In this document: piece by piece, positions 1 to 11,535 of the stretch
Position numbering within the stretch: the first letter of the stretch is position 1
Layout: each line of letters opens with the position of its first letter
Origin: Tubulanus polymorphus
Lineage: Eukaryota > Animalia > Nemertea
Direction of reading: 5' to 3'
Assembly: GCF_964204645.1 (NCBI RefSeq)
Contig: NC_134033.1
Location: forward strand, 2,252,131 to 2,316,130
Length of the DNA: 64,000 nucleotides
Program-made: the position numbers and the translations under genes
Notes under the pieces: model-generated
Told to the model about the DNA's origin: nothing
The model's database searches: none
What the model saw: the letters and a program-made list of their open reading frames with translations, nothing else

Positions 1-278
1 ATGATGTCATAGGGGGATTGAAGGAGGAAGCCGTCTGTTCAATGATGTCATAGGGGGATTGAAGGAGGAAGCCGTCTGTTCTAGAAGGGTCTATTCAATG
101 ATGTCATAGGGGGAGTTTATTTAGGAAGTCATCTGACCTAGAAGGGTCTATTCAATGATGTCATAGGGGGAGTTTATTTAGGAAGTCATCTGACCTAGAA
201 GGGTCTATTCAATGATGTCATAAGGGGAGTTTATGTAGGAAGTCATCTAACCTAGAATGGTCTATTCAATGATGTCAT
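1..278. repeat. 57-bp tandem repeat, intronic, truncated by window edge
   Basis: ATGATGTCAT recurs at 98, 155, 212 and 269 (period 57), with shorter units at 1 and 42. Confidence 0.85.
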
Positions 279-298
279 GTGTTATTGATTATTTACAG

Positions 299-2792
299 GT
301 CGGTAGTGGTAAGTTACGTTTAGGTTGTATTACGCCTAATGATCCAGTTTTTACGGTGCGCTGGTTTGAGAAATGGTCAAACCGTTCGGTTCCCGTCGCG
401 CAGGTTTGTGTCACACACTCGGAGCAGGGGCGGATCCTGGTAGGGGGGAGTTCCGAGGGTTCTGGAATACCGTCGAGCTTCGTCCGTGCCCCTCGGAGAC
501 GCCATTAATCCATGGATTTGACGTTAAAAGCGCCCTCTTTTGGCTCGATTTGGCGTAAAGCAAGTGCCCCTGAAAATCACAAGTTTGATGTTAAGTGCCC
601 TTTTTTCGCCGTGATTTGATATAGAAAGTGCCCTCCCCCATAATAATTAGTGCCTTTATACAATTTGGAACCCCCTCGAGATCCATGGGGTGGTTTTGAG
701 GGTTCTGGAATACCGTTGAGCTTCGTCTGTGCCCCTAAATTCATGGATTTGTCATAAAAGCGCCCTCATTTTGCATGGTTTTGTAAGCGTAAGTAAGCGC
801 CCCTGAAAATCACAAGTTTGATGTTAATGTCCCTACGAGACAGGGCCCTGGATCCGGCCCTGCAGAGATATCGTTCTCAAGTCGGAAGATCCGATTTGAG
901 CGCAGTCATGTGTATTATTAATGCAGCTGTGTTTTCTATTGTTTCTAGTCATTTCTGTCGTTGAATTCGACGTGCCAGTGGTTCGTCGATGTGACGATTC
1001 CCGATTCGACCGGTGAACTGAACGTGAAGTGTCGAGCGTCCGACGTTTACGACCGAACGAAGTCCGTGCGATTTCGGATTATCGTTCAATGTAAGTACCA
1101 TTCAACCCCCTCCCCCTACACCCCTACCCCCTCCCCCCACCCACCTTCAGATTCACTCTTAACCCTTTCAGTGCGTCTACACCACAGTGCGGTGTATAAA
1201 TCGGTGATGGATTTTGCTAGTACACACATTGAATAGACCCTTCTGTACAAAGTTATTTCATATATCCTAACCCTTTCAGTGCGTCTACACCGCAGTGCGG
1301 TGTATGAATCGGTGATGGATTTTGCTAGTACACCACTGCGGTGTATTGATGTAAACAGTAATTAGTTTTTATCTCTATTGAAAGATGGCAGCACCTGTCA
1401 AACGTAGTGAAATACTAGTAACTAACGATACACCGCGCCGCGGTGTAGACACAATATAGTGGTATTCCCGTTATTCAACACACTTGGGTGGAATTTTTCA
1501 AATATTTCAAATTATCTCCAGCACTATAGGGTATTGATTAGTCAGCACTGAAAGGGTTAACCGGAAATCAGGCACAAGTCGGGAAGATTTTCTTTTCTCT
1601 AAAAAAGTAAGGGAATTTTGTATTAAAAAAAAAAAAACAGACAAACCAGTTATCAGGAAGAAGTCAAGGATTAGTCGGAAAAATTTTCTTTTCTATAAAG
1701 AAGTAAGGGAATTTTTTTAAAAGAAAAAAAAAGACAAAAACCAGATATCGAGAAAAAAGTCTGGGAAATTTGTTGAGATGGTCAGATCGCGTGTAAAATC
1801 AGTTTGCGTCTATGTCATACGTATTTGAATGTATCATTTGATCGGATTCTTCGCAGATCAGGGAAAACAACACGCCTGTCGGGGAATGCGATCAGATTGC
1901 TAGTAAATCACTCATAAAATCAAACAGTTTCTGTCTATATGTTAATGTCTATTTCAACCTGACTTGAGAGCATTCCGGGTGGCCTAGCTCAGTTAATTTT
2001 GGTGGTACATACCTGATAAAAGTCTTATTAAGGCCAGAATGCATTGGCAGTCGACCTAAAATATTGTTTTTTAATCCACTTTAAACTGTATCGAAGGATA
2101 TCCAAAAAGTCCTCATTGAAAGGGGTTCCTGAGAGAAAAGAGACTCCATGATTTGAAAGTTTAACAATATGTCTCCATGCCTACCAACTGAAGTTTGGTA
2201 CGTAGGCATGGAAACATATTGTTAAACTTTCAAATCATGGAGTCATTTCTCTTCATTTAACCCCTCTCAATGCAGGCTTTTTGGATATCCTTCGATACAG
2301 TTTAAAGTGGATTAAAAAACGATATTTTAGGTCGGCTGCCAATGCATTCTGGCCTTAATAAGACTTTTATCAGTTATGTACTACCAAAACGGACTGAGCT
2401 AGGCCACCCGGAATGCTCTCAAGTCAGATTGAAATAGACATTGTATATGGCTGTGTTAATTTAATGATAGGATTCTAAGCAGACTTTCGTTGAAATCAGT
2501 TTCCGCTTACGTATTTTCAGCCGAAGCTCCGTCTGCCGGTCCGTCGTTCGTCGACGACACGTTACAAATCGAGACGGATACCTACGAGAGCGACGACGAC
2601 GCCGTCGTGCTCGACTGTCGGCTGAAAACCGGTCGACGCGACTCGACCGTCCGCTGGTACGAGATGATACCCTACGACGGCCCGATCAAGACGATACATT
2701 CGCCGCTACGTGCGCCGTTCATCGAGTCCCATCACAGCTACTACAGCCACGAGTGGGCGAAGAAACCTGTAATTATATTTCATTATTATTAG

Positions 2793-2828
<36 letters not shown>

Positions 2829-5800
2829 CGATTAATGCTTAAAGGTTTGTGTTGTGCCTTATTCGGGATGGCTGACCACTTACCTCAAAATCAGGGAAGA
2901 ATAGTCGATTTGTTGATATTGCTGATTCCAGTCATGTTTTACGATTTGACTGTGTTAATTGAAATGGATTCTTTTTTGATCTTAAAATAGGGATTGTCTC
3001 TGTTATTTATTTGATTGGTAGATTTCGTTTGATTTTTCGATTGAGTGTCCCTTACAGACCCACCACTTAAGTCCGAAAGTGGTCGTAAATCTTAAGACTG
3101 GTCTCAAGTTGTTAGATCGGCTATAGAACTAAGTTGGTCTTAGACTGGTCTTAAGTCTCAGTCATGACTACGCAACCGACCCCCTGGATGATTTTAAGGG
3201 AATTTGAGGGAATTTGTAAATAATGGGTGGAAGGAGCAGACGTATGGCTGCTAGCTTAATTCGGATTATTCAAACGGATTTTACATTTAAATTCCGGTGA
3301 TATTTTCAGTCCATTTATCATCACAGGCAATTCATGCACTATTAAGATTTAACTTAATTCGCAGAAACCCCGGTCGTTCGAATTAAGTATCATCGATTTC
3401 TTTATAAAACGATACACACGTACTAATTCAGAGCGCTGTGATCCCGGAGAATACGACGCAGTTCAACACGAGCGCGGAAGTGTGGCTCGATTTGGGCGTA
3501 GACAGTAAGACGTTTCGCTGGGGTTGCGACGCCTTCAACCGTTACGGAGAAACACCGCTGAAAATCTTCATCATCAATCTCAAGAAAGGTACTTAAATCA
3601 ACCGTTATTGATTGAGTTTGATATGATTTAGATTCAAGATACGCGTACTCGCTGGCTCCAGTTCCATGGTTGTGTTGGGTTTAATTTGACTCTGGCTCCA
3701 GTTCTACTGTTGTGTGGGTTTAATTTGACTCTGGATCCAGTTCCACAGTTGTGTGAGTTTAATTCGATTCTGAAACCCAGTTCCACAGTTGTGTGGGTTT
3801 AAGTTGACTTTGGCTCCAGCTCTACTGCTATGAGGGTTTAATTTGACTCTGAACCCAGTTCCACAGTTGTGTGGGTTTGACTCGACTCTGAACCCAGTTC
3901 CACAGTTGTGAGGGTTTAATTTGACTCTGAACCCAGTTCCACAGTTGTGTGGGTTTGACTCGACTCTGAACCCAGTTCCACAATTGTGTGGGTTTAATTT
4001 GACTCTGAACCAGTTCCACAGTTGTAGGAGTTTAATTCGACTCTGAACCCAGTGTGAATCTAATTTGACTCTGAACCCAGTTCCACAATTAATGGGTTTA
4101 AGTTGACTTTGGCTCCAGTTCCACAGTTGTGAGGGTTCAATTTGACTCTGAACCCAGTTCCACAGTTATGTGGGTTTAAGTCGACTCTGGATCCAGTTCC
4201 ACCGCAAACCCAGGGAAATTGAAAAAAAAAACTTAATAAGATAAATTGATAAGAATTGTTCTGTTGTTTGTTAGGTGATCGACCAGCAACTCGGAAAGCT
4301 CCGACAACTCGGGATTCTGGCCGCGTGAATACGACTGAAGGGAATGAGATGTGGAACAAGAGCGTGGTCGCGTACTCCGTCGGAGGAGTGATGGCTGCGA
4401 CGTTTATTATATTCGTCGTCGTCGTTATTTCGCGACTATTCTGTCGTCTGCCGCCGAACAAATCGGCGTCTGCTGACATTCAGCAGACGTTGTATCGAAA
4501 TCGGCGCAGAGTCATCGTCAGACAGGTGAGGGGGCGGAGCTAGATCTGTATGGGGGCAGAGCTAAGAGATCTGTATGGGGGCGGAGCTAGATCAGTATGG
4601 GGTCGAGCTAAGATATCTGTATGGGGGCGGAGCTAGATCTGTATGGGGGGTGGGTGGTGTGTAGGTAGGGGTCGATCGGTGGGGACGGGAATCTGCCTAT
4701 GATTCCCCCTATGACATCATCCATTGAACAACTGACTCCGAGTAAGATTCACTGATATCCCTCCATCAATCCCCTATGACTCTATCAAATGGCTATTCCA
4801 TCTAAAGACCCTATTAGTAAAGATGGCTGCCTCCAGAAATCCCCCTATGACTTCGAAAGCTTCAAGGTTCAAATCCAATTCCGAATGTTCAAATTTTCGA
4901 AAAATTTTGAACGGTAGATTCAATAATAAATTGAATATTTCGTTTGTTTTCTTCTTCCAAATCAGGTCTCGTACGAGTCGGTGGATTACGAAGACGACGA
5001 CAGTATCGGCGGCGGCGGCGGAATGAATCGGTCGGAATCGATGATTCCCGTCACCGTGCCCGACGTGTTCTTCGACGACGACGAGCCGGCCGACGAGCGC
5101 AGACGCGTGTTCGAAAACGAGTACGTGCTTCCCGATTCGCCGTACGAGATCGACCGCGCCGAAATCTCGATCGTCAAGCGAATCGGCGCGGGGGCGTTCG
5201 GCGTCGTTAGCAAGGCGTTCTCGTTGACTCACGGAGTCGTCGCCGTCAAACAACTTAAAGGTACGCCTGGCGCGCGAATTTCGAAAAGAAATCGAGAAAT
5301 TCGAACTCGGATTGAAAATTTCCGAGATCCGTTTTATCTGAATTGTTTTGTTTTTGTTTTTTTGTTGTTTGTTTCGTAGATAATGCGAATGAAAGGGATC
5401 TTGTCGAGTTCATCAAAGAGATCGAAATCATGAAACACGTCGGCAGTCACGATCACGTCGTTCAAATGAAAGGATGTGTTACACGCAACGGTAATCGATC
5501 AAACTCCCCTCCTCTCCCTCTCTCCTCCCTGTTAACCTCTTTACCTATCTCTTCTCCCTGTTAACCTCTTTCCCTCTCCCTTTTAACCTCTTTCCCTATC
5601 TTCTCTCCCTGTTAACCTCTTTACCTCTCTCCATCTTTCCCTCTCTCTGCTCCCTGTTAACCTCTTTACCTCTCTCCCTGTTAACCTCTTTCCCTCTCCC
5701 TGTTAACCTCTTTCCCTCTCTCCGCTCCCTGTTAACCTCCCAACCTCTCTCCCTGTTAACCTCTTTCCCTCTCTCCGCTCCCTGTTAACCTCCCAACCTC

Positions 5801-8800
5801 TCTCCCTGTTAACCTCTTTACCTCTCTCCCTGTTTACCTCCTAACCTCTCCCTGTTAATCTCTTTACCTCTCTGATCCCTGTTATCCTCTTTACCTCTCT
5901 CCCTTTTAACCTCTTAACCTCTCTCCTCTCCCTGTTAACCTTTTTACCTCCCTCCCCGTTAACCCCTACCTCTTTTCCTGTTAACCTCTTTTCCTCTCTC
6001 CCTGTTTACCTCCTAACCTCTCCCTGTTAATCTCTTTACCTCCTAACCTCTCCCTGTTAATCTCTTTACCTCTCTGATCCCTGTTAACCTCTTTACCTCT
6101 CTGATCCCTGTTAACCTCTTTACCTCTCTGATCCCTGTTAACCTCTTTACCTCTCTGATCCCTGTTAACCTCTTTACCTCTCCTCTCCCTGTTAACCTCT
6201 ACCTCTCCTCTCCCTGTTAACCTCTTAACCTCTCTCCTCTCCCTGTTAACCTTTTTACCTCTCTCCCCGTTAACCCCTGCCTCTTTTCCTGTTAACCTCT
6301 TTACCTCTCTCCCTGTTAACCTCTTTACCCTTTGAGTGCCGTCGAGTTCGTGAGAAATATATTTGTTGTTTACTCATGATAATTACTTGCCGTGTATGAA
6401 ATGAATTGATTTCAAATATTTAGTCACAGCGCCATCTGGTGTTTTATATATTTAGCGTTGTTGACCTCGTTTTATATTTCAGGTCCGATATTGATCGTCG
6501 TTGAATACGCCTGCCACGGCAATCTCCAAGACTTCCTGATGAAACGTCTATTGAACCAGATGTCGGCTCCGTCGTCGCCCGCGTCCGACGACGTTTTCAT
6601 TTTCCCCGAACGCGAACAAGTAAGAAAAATCGATTAAAAGCGGGATTTCTTATTCACACATGTATGAAATACATAGAACAGGGGCCGGTTGCTCAAAAGT
6701 TGGTTAGAGTTAACCAGTGGATAGTTGATATGGTGACAATTGAAAGTTCATTGTTAGGCTAAAAAAAATTGATACCTTGTTTCTCCGCTCTGCTCAGCTT
6801 AAATGTTGACCCGGCCGGCCGCCTATCTACCCTATACATTACTTTTTTTAAAATCGTGATCAATTTTACCATAACAGACCCGGCCGCTATAGAAATGAAC
6901 TGTTTATAAATTTTATCATATTTTACAAAAATGACCCGGCCGCTGCGGAGAAACGAGGTATCATTTTTGTTTAGCCTTACTATGGTATTAAACGGCCAGT
7001 TATCTTTAACCAACTTTTCAGCAACTGGCCCCAGACTGATAACTTCAGAAATGTGAAAGATGTTACTCTACTTAAAATCGAATACAGGGCCCGGTTTCGC
7101 GGAAAAGTTAAACTCAAATTTTTGGTGTAATCGCCATTGGTTACTTCACATTTTCGATGAGGACTCGAACTTCACCATTTTCAGATCTGACTATAAATAC
7201 CGTATGAGTGTAATTTCTTTCAAATCTAAGCCGCCACAGCGGACATAGTACTCTAGGTGCATGGATTTCGCCTATTCGAAATCAGCTTTTTCCCTCGGTT
7301 AATATGGCTGCCATGGCGGACATCTTGGAATTTTTTTTGTCAGCTTTCTCGCTCTTCTAAGGAAAAACTTGGATTTTAACATATTGTGGTGACATATATG
7401 TGGCGTTGACACTGCTTTCTATTATGAAGAGCTCAATTACTGCCCGAAGAATACTCTCAAAATCTGGATTTTGAATGAATGAAACTATTTTGATATCAAA
7501 TTACTATTTTGATATCAAATTACTTATTAATAATTATCAAGAGTTAACTCCAAGTTGAAATCAGTTCATTTTCAATGAGTAAACTCCGATTCAAAAATCT
7601 GAACTCACAACTGTGGAACTGGGTCCAGTTAGTCGGGTTTGTGAATTATTTTTCTACAATGATTGTAGGTTCGATACGAGCCGGTGTTGGCAGACGGCGA
7701 AACATCAGCAGCAGACGACGACGTTCATATGACGACCTTGGTGACCGACGGAGGCAGATGTGAACGCGTCGTATCAGACGGACAGGTTCCGACGACGTCG
7801 TCGACGGCCGCGGCCACGAGCTCCGCGACGCTGTCGTCGTTTCACTATATACCGATGAACGAAAGCAGCGCCAGCGGTACGGGTTTCGTCCCCACCGAGG
7901 TCGATCAACAGTTCAGTCGTTTTCCGCCCGCGCAACTCACCGACTTCGCGTTGCAGATCGCCGACGGTATGGCGTATTTGCATTCACGACAAGTAAGTTT
8001 TCGCCATCGGAACAAGGTTTGCGCCACTGATCGGTAAAACTTGGCATAGTCTTGAGAAATCTTAGAGAGATTGGGGAAATTTTGGATTTGTTCGAGTCAG
8101 GAAAAAATCTTGAAAAATATTCGAGAAATTTTGGATTTGTTTTTGACCACGCGTTTCTTTATCAGTAATTGATTCAATGAAAAAATTAATGAATTTTGAA
8201 ATTTTAAACCTAGAAATTTCTCTGATTAACTGGGGGGGGGGGGGGGGAATTTGGTGTGTCATCGCATGGAAAAGTTAGTCAGGGAATGTGTAAATTGGGT
8301 GCGCAGCCTTATATCGTAGAGGTCAGAATTCATACAAAAGCCGTGTTAAAGTTTAAGAAATCGTTTTTGAATCGGTCCCGAGGAGCGATCGGTAACCGCT
8401 TACATTATTATTGTACCTTGACGTGCAAAAATGCAATGGTAAAAAATCTAGAAAGATGTCAAAAATCCTGGTATATTTATGGTAAAATATTAACCCTTTC
8501 GATGCTGACTAATTAAAACCCTCTAGTGCGCGAGATGGTTTGAAAATTCCAGCCCAGTGCATCAAAAAACAGGCATCTGCTATAATGCGTCTACACCGTG
8601 GTGCGGTGTATCGTTAGTTACTTATAGCTGTGTTTGACAGGTGCTGCCATCTTTCATTAGTGGTGAAAACATTAACGAATAACATCAATACACCGCAGTG
8701 CGGTGTACTAGCAAAGTCCATCACCGATTCATACACCGCACTGCAGTGTAGACGCACTGAAAGGGTTAAGCGGAAGGCCAATCGTTGGATGTGAAAAAGT

Positions 8801-11535
8801 GTAAAAATTCTATGAAGTTCATCGGTCCTGCAAAGCACTTCAATAGAACACAAGAATGAATTTCTATTTTGTTTGCGTGATTTTATGTTGACAGATTCTA
8901 CACAGAGATTTGGCGGCGAGGAACGTGCTCGTGATGAAAGGTTACCAGTTGAAAATTGCGGATTTCGGCCGATCGAGAGAACTTCGTTATTACGAAACTG
9001 AGACGCAGGTACTTAACTATATAGAACGTAGTCTGAGTCGGATGGTACAGTAGACTCCACTCAAGTCGGATCTTTTGACTTGCGAGTGATATCTGAGTTG
9101 GATGGTACAGTAGACTCCGCTCAAGTCTGATCTTTTGACTTGAGAGTGATATCTGAGTTGGATGGTACAGTAGACTCCACTCAAGACGGATCTTTTGAAT
9201 TGTGAGTGATATCTGAGTTGGATGATACAGTAGACTCCGCTCAAGTCTGATCTTTTGACTTGAGAGCGATATCTGAGTTGGGTGGTACAGTAGACTCCGC
9301 TCAAGTCGGATCTTATGACTAGAGAGTGATATCTGAGTTGGATGATACAGTAGACTCCGCTCAAGTCGGATCTTTTGACTTGAGAGTGATATCTGAGTTG
9401 GATGATACAGTAGACTCCGCTCAAGTCGGATCTTTTGACTTGAGAGTGATATCTGAGTTGGATGATACCGTAGACTCCGCTCATTGCGAGTGATCTATCT
9501 GGGAACTCCTTATTAAAATTAGTTGATTCATTACTCTATCAGGGGTAGATCCAGAGCAGTATCTCGAGGGATTGTATAAGGGCACCCACTATTATGGGGG
9601 AGGGCACTTTCTATATCAAATCACGGCAAAAAGGGGCACTTAATATCAAACTCGTGGTTTTCGGGGGCACTTGCACTTACCAAATCATACCAAACGAGGG
9701 CGCTTTTACGTCAAATCCATGAATTTAGGGGCACAGACGAAACTCGGCGGTATTCCAGAGCCCTCAAAACCACCCCCATGGATCCCCCCACCCCCTGAGG
9801 ATCCCCCTGACAATTCCACGATCGAATCCAGTCATGGATACATTGTTTTTTTTTTACGATGGAGTTTTGCGTTGAATGTTGTAGGAAGTAGTTCCGGTTC
9901 GATGGATGGCGCCTGAAGTACTTACCACGGGAATGCGTTTCTACTCGAGAAAATCTGATATGTAAGTATTGTATTATGGGGCCGCGAGTTGCACAGTCGT
10001 GACTAACACCCAAAAGTAGTCTCGGGACGGATCTTAGGTTGTTAGATTGGCTTAGCCCTTTCAGTGCTGACTAATTAATACCCTATAGTGTTGGAGATAA
10101 TTTGAAAATTCTAAAAAAATTCCACCCTAGTGCGTTGAACAACGGGAATAGCACTATAGTGCGTCTACACTGTTTACTAGACCAGTGTTTATTGTGTAGG
10201 TTTAATTTAGTCTCTTCACCCGCATGGTTCCCACAGTTCAGGGAAATTGGGAAAACTTGGGAATTTAAAAAAGTAATAATTCCCAGTTTGGAAATATTTG
10301 GGAATTTGAGAAATTTTCCTCAAATCAGGGAAATAATTGGGAAATTCATTTACATTGCGTGCAGAGCATTTGCCAAGGGCAATATTATTTTGCGATTTCC
10401 CTTGAAAATCAAATCACCAGTCAAATCAACCAGTCACCAAGTGTTGACTGAAGTATGATGACCGTGTTCATTTTGTTCACAGTTGTGTGAGATTATCTTT
10501 TAGTTTTTTCCATGAATTATTTTCAGTTGGTCGTTCGGAATAGTTCTCTGGGAAATCTTCAGCCACGGTGCTCTGCCATATGCGACTATGGAGAACCCGA
10601 CGGATTTGATAAATATGTTAGATGCAGGGTATCGGTTGTCAGCTCCCGACCAGTGCCCTCTAGAAATGTAAGTATTCAAGAAATGAACTACAAACACCGA
10701 ATATTGGAAATTTTATCAGTGTACTTTATTTATCGGTGTAAATGAATGCCCATAATTCACATTGGTTCAGTACTTCACCTGAGACATTTATGATTGAAAA
10801 TGAACTACAAACATCAGATATTAGACATTTTATCAGCACACTTTCAGAAACTGATCGCCCACACTTCACATGTGTTCAGTGCTTCACCTGAGACATTTTT
10901 AATTGAAAATGAACTACAAACACAAGATATTAGACATTTTATCAGCACACTTTCAGAAACTGATCGTCCACACTTCACATGTGTTCAGTACTTCACCTGA
11001 GACATTTATGATTGAAAATGAACTACAAACATCAGATATTAGACATTTTATCAGCGCACTTTCAGAAACTGATCGCCCACACTTCACATGTGTTCAGTGC
11101 TTCACCTGAGACATTTTTAATTGAAAATGAACTACAAACACCAGATATTAGACATTTTATCAGCTCACTTTCAAAAACTGATCGTCCACACTTCACATGT
11201 GTTCAGAACTTAACACCTCTCAGAATACCTGAGACATTTTTAATTGAATTGAAAATGAACAACCAGACATTACAGTAGACATTTTATCAGAACACTTTCA
11301 AAGACTGATATCTGAAGTTGGTGGGTTCTATAGGCCGCATGCAACGAAAGAAGGCGTTGTTGATGATATTCATACATGAATTTCTATATTCTACAGATCT
11401 GGTTTAATGGCGGAATGTTGGCGTAAGGAGACGCGCAGTCGTCCGCCGATGAAAGACTTGCGCGAACGATTGGAGCAGATAATGAAACGCGTCGAAGCAG
11501 CAGAACGTGTGCCGTTGCACGAAACTCAAGTTTGA
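299..11535 (+). CDS. Receptor tyrosine kinase (Ig-like ectodomain, TM, split kinase; FGFR/RET/PVR-like group), 5' end outside window
   Basis: GT-AG exons in consistent phase: 299-403, 949-1090, 2521-2768, 3432-3588, 4275-4525 (TM: VVAYSVGGVMAATFIIFVVVVI), 4966-5260 (IGAGAFGVV, VAVK), 5380-5490 (EIEIMKHVGSH), 6483-6619 (IVVEYACHGNL), 7669-7992 (QIADGMAYL), 8895-9008 (HRDLAARN, DFG), 9885-9961 (PVRWMAPE), 10527-10667 (WSFGIVLWE), 11397-11535 (CW..RP, ends ETQV-TGA). Confidence 0.93.
425..862. mobile_element. Non-autonomous TIR element (MITE-like); related inverted copy at ~9540-9809
   Basis: Ends CAGGGGCGGATCC / GGATCCGGCCCTG; internal sequence (GAGGGTTCTGGAATACCG..., AAAAGCGCCCTC) is the reverse complement of part of 9540-9809. 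Confidence 0.6.
1267..1560. mobile_element. piggyBac-like MITE
   Basis: (C)TAA-CCCTTTCAGTGC ... GCACTGAAAGGG-TTAA; other copies at 8490-8769 and 59399-59692, partial copies at 1159-1230 and ~10052-10170. Confidence 0.75.
1944..2442. repeat. ~500-bp near-perfect palindrome (foldback/MITE-like) in RTK intron
   Basis: AATGTCTATTTCAACCTGACTTGAGAGCATTCCGGGTGGCCTAGCTCAG... is mirrored by ...CTGAGCTAGGCCACCCGGAATGCTCTCAAGTCAGATTGAAATAGACATT; centre near 2190. Confidence 0.9.
3650..4202. repeat. ~40-bp minisatellite
   Basis: About a dozen copies of CTCTGAACCCAGTTCCACAGTTGTGTGGGTTTAATTTGA. Confidence 0.9.
4530..4650. repeat. ~23-bp minisatellite
   Basis: GGGGCGGAGCTAGATCTGTAT repeated about 5 times directly after the donor at 4526. 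Confidence 0.8.
5503..6330. repeat. Pyrimidine-rich minisatellite
   Basis: Variants of CTCTCCCTGTTAACCTCTTTAC repeated over ~830 bp. Confidence 0.9.
6682..7031. mobile_element. Short TIR element with CAG flanks, hosting a nested MITE
   Basis: CAG-GGGCCGGTTGCTCAAAAGTTGGTTA ... TAACCAACTTTTCAGCAACTGGCCC-CAG. Confidence 0.65.
6757..6976 (+). mobile_element. PIF/Harbinger (Tourist)-like MITE, 220 bp
   Basis: TIRs GGCTAAA..A.TGATACC / GGTATCATTTTTGTTTAGCC with TTA target duplication; near-identical copies at 50129-50349 and 63564-63782. Confidence 0.85.
8490..8769. mobile_element. piggyBac-like MITE, opposite orientation to 1267-1560
   Basis: TTAA-CCCTTTC ... GAAAGGG-TTAA; body is the reverse complement of 1267-1560. 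Confidence 0.75.
9030..9484. repeat. 60-bp satellite, ~7.5 units
   Basis: Period-60 repeat GATATCTGAGTTGGATGGTACAGTAGACTCCGCTCAAGTC...; same family inverted at 55866-56622. Confidence 0.95.
10680..11310. repeat. 109-bp satellite
   Basis: Repeat-derived ORFs offset by 109 (10794, 10903, 11012); same family inverted at 50690-52185. Confidence 0.9.

Noticed and set aside
9017-9484. Repetitive ORFs (also 3828-4019, 10794-11278, 12892-13168, 37865-38260, 50761-52136, 56143-56511)
   Set aside because: These are translations of satellites or minisatellites with no splice or domain support
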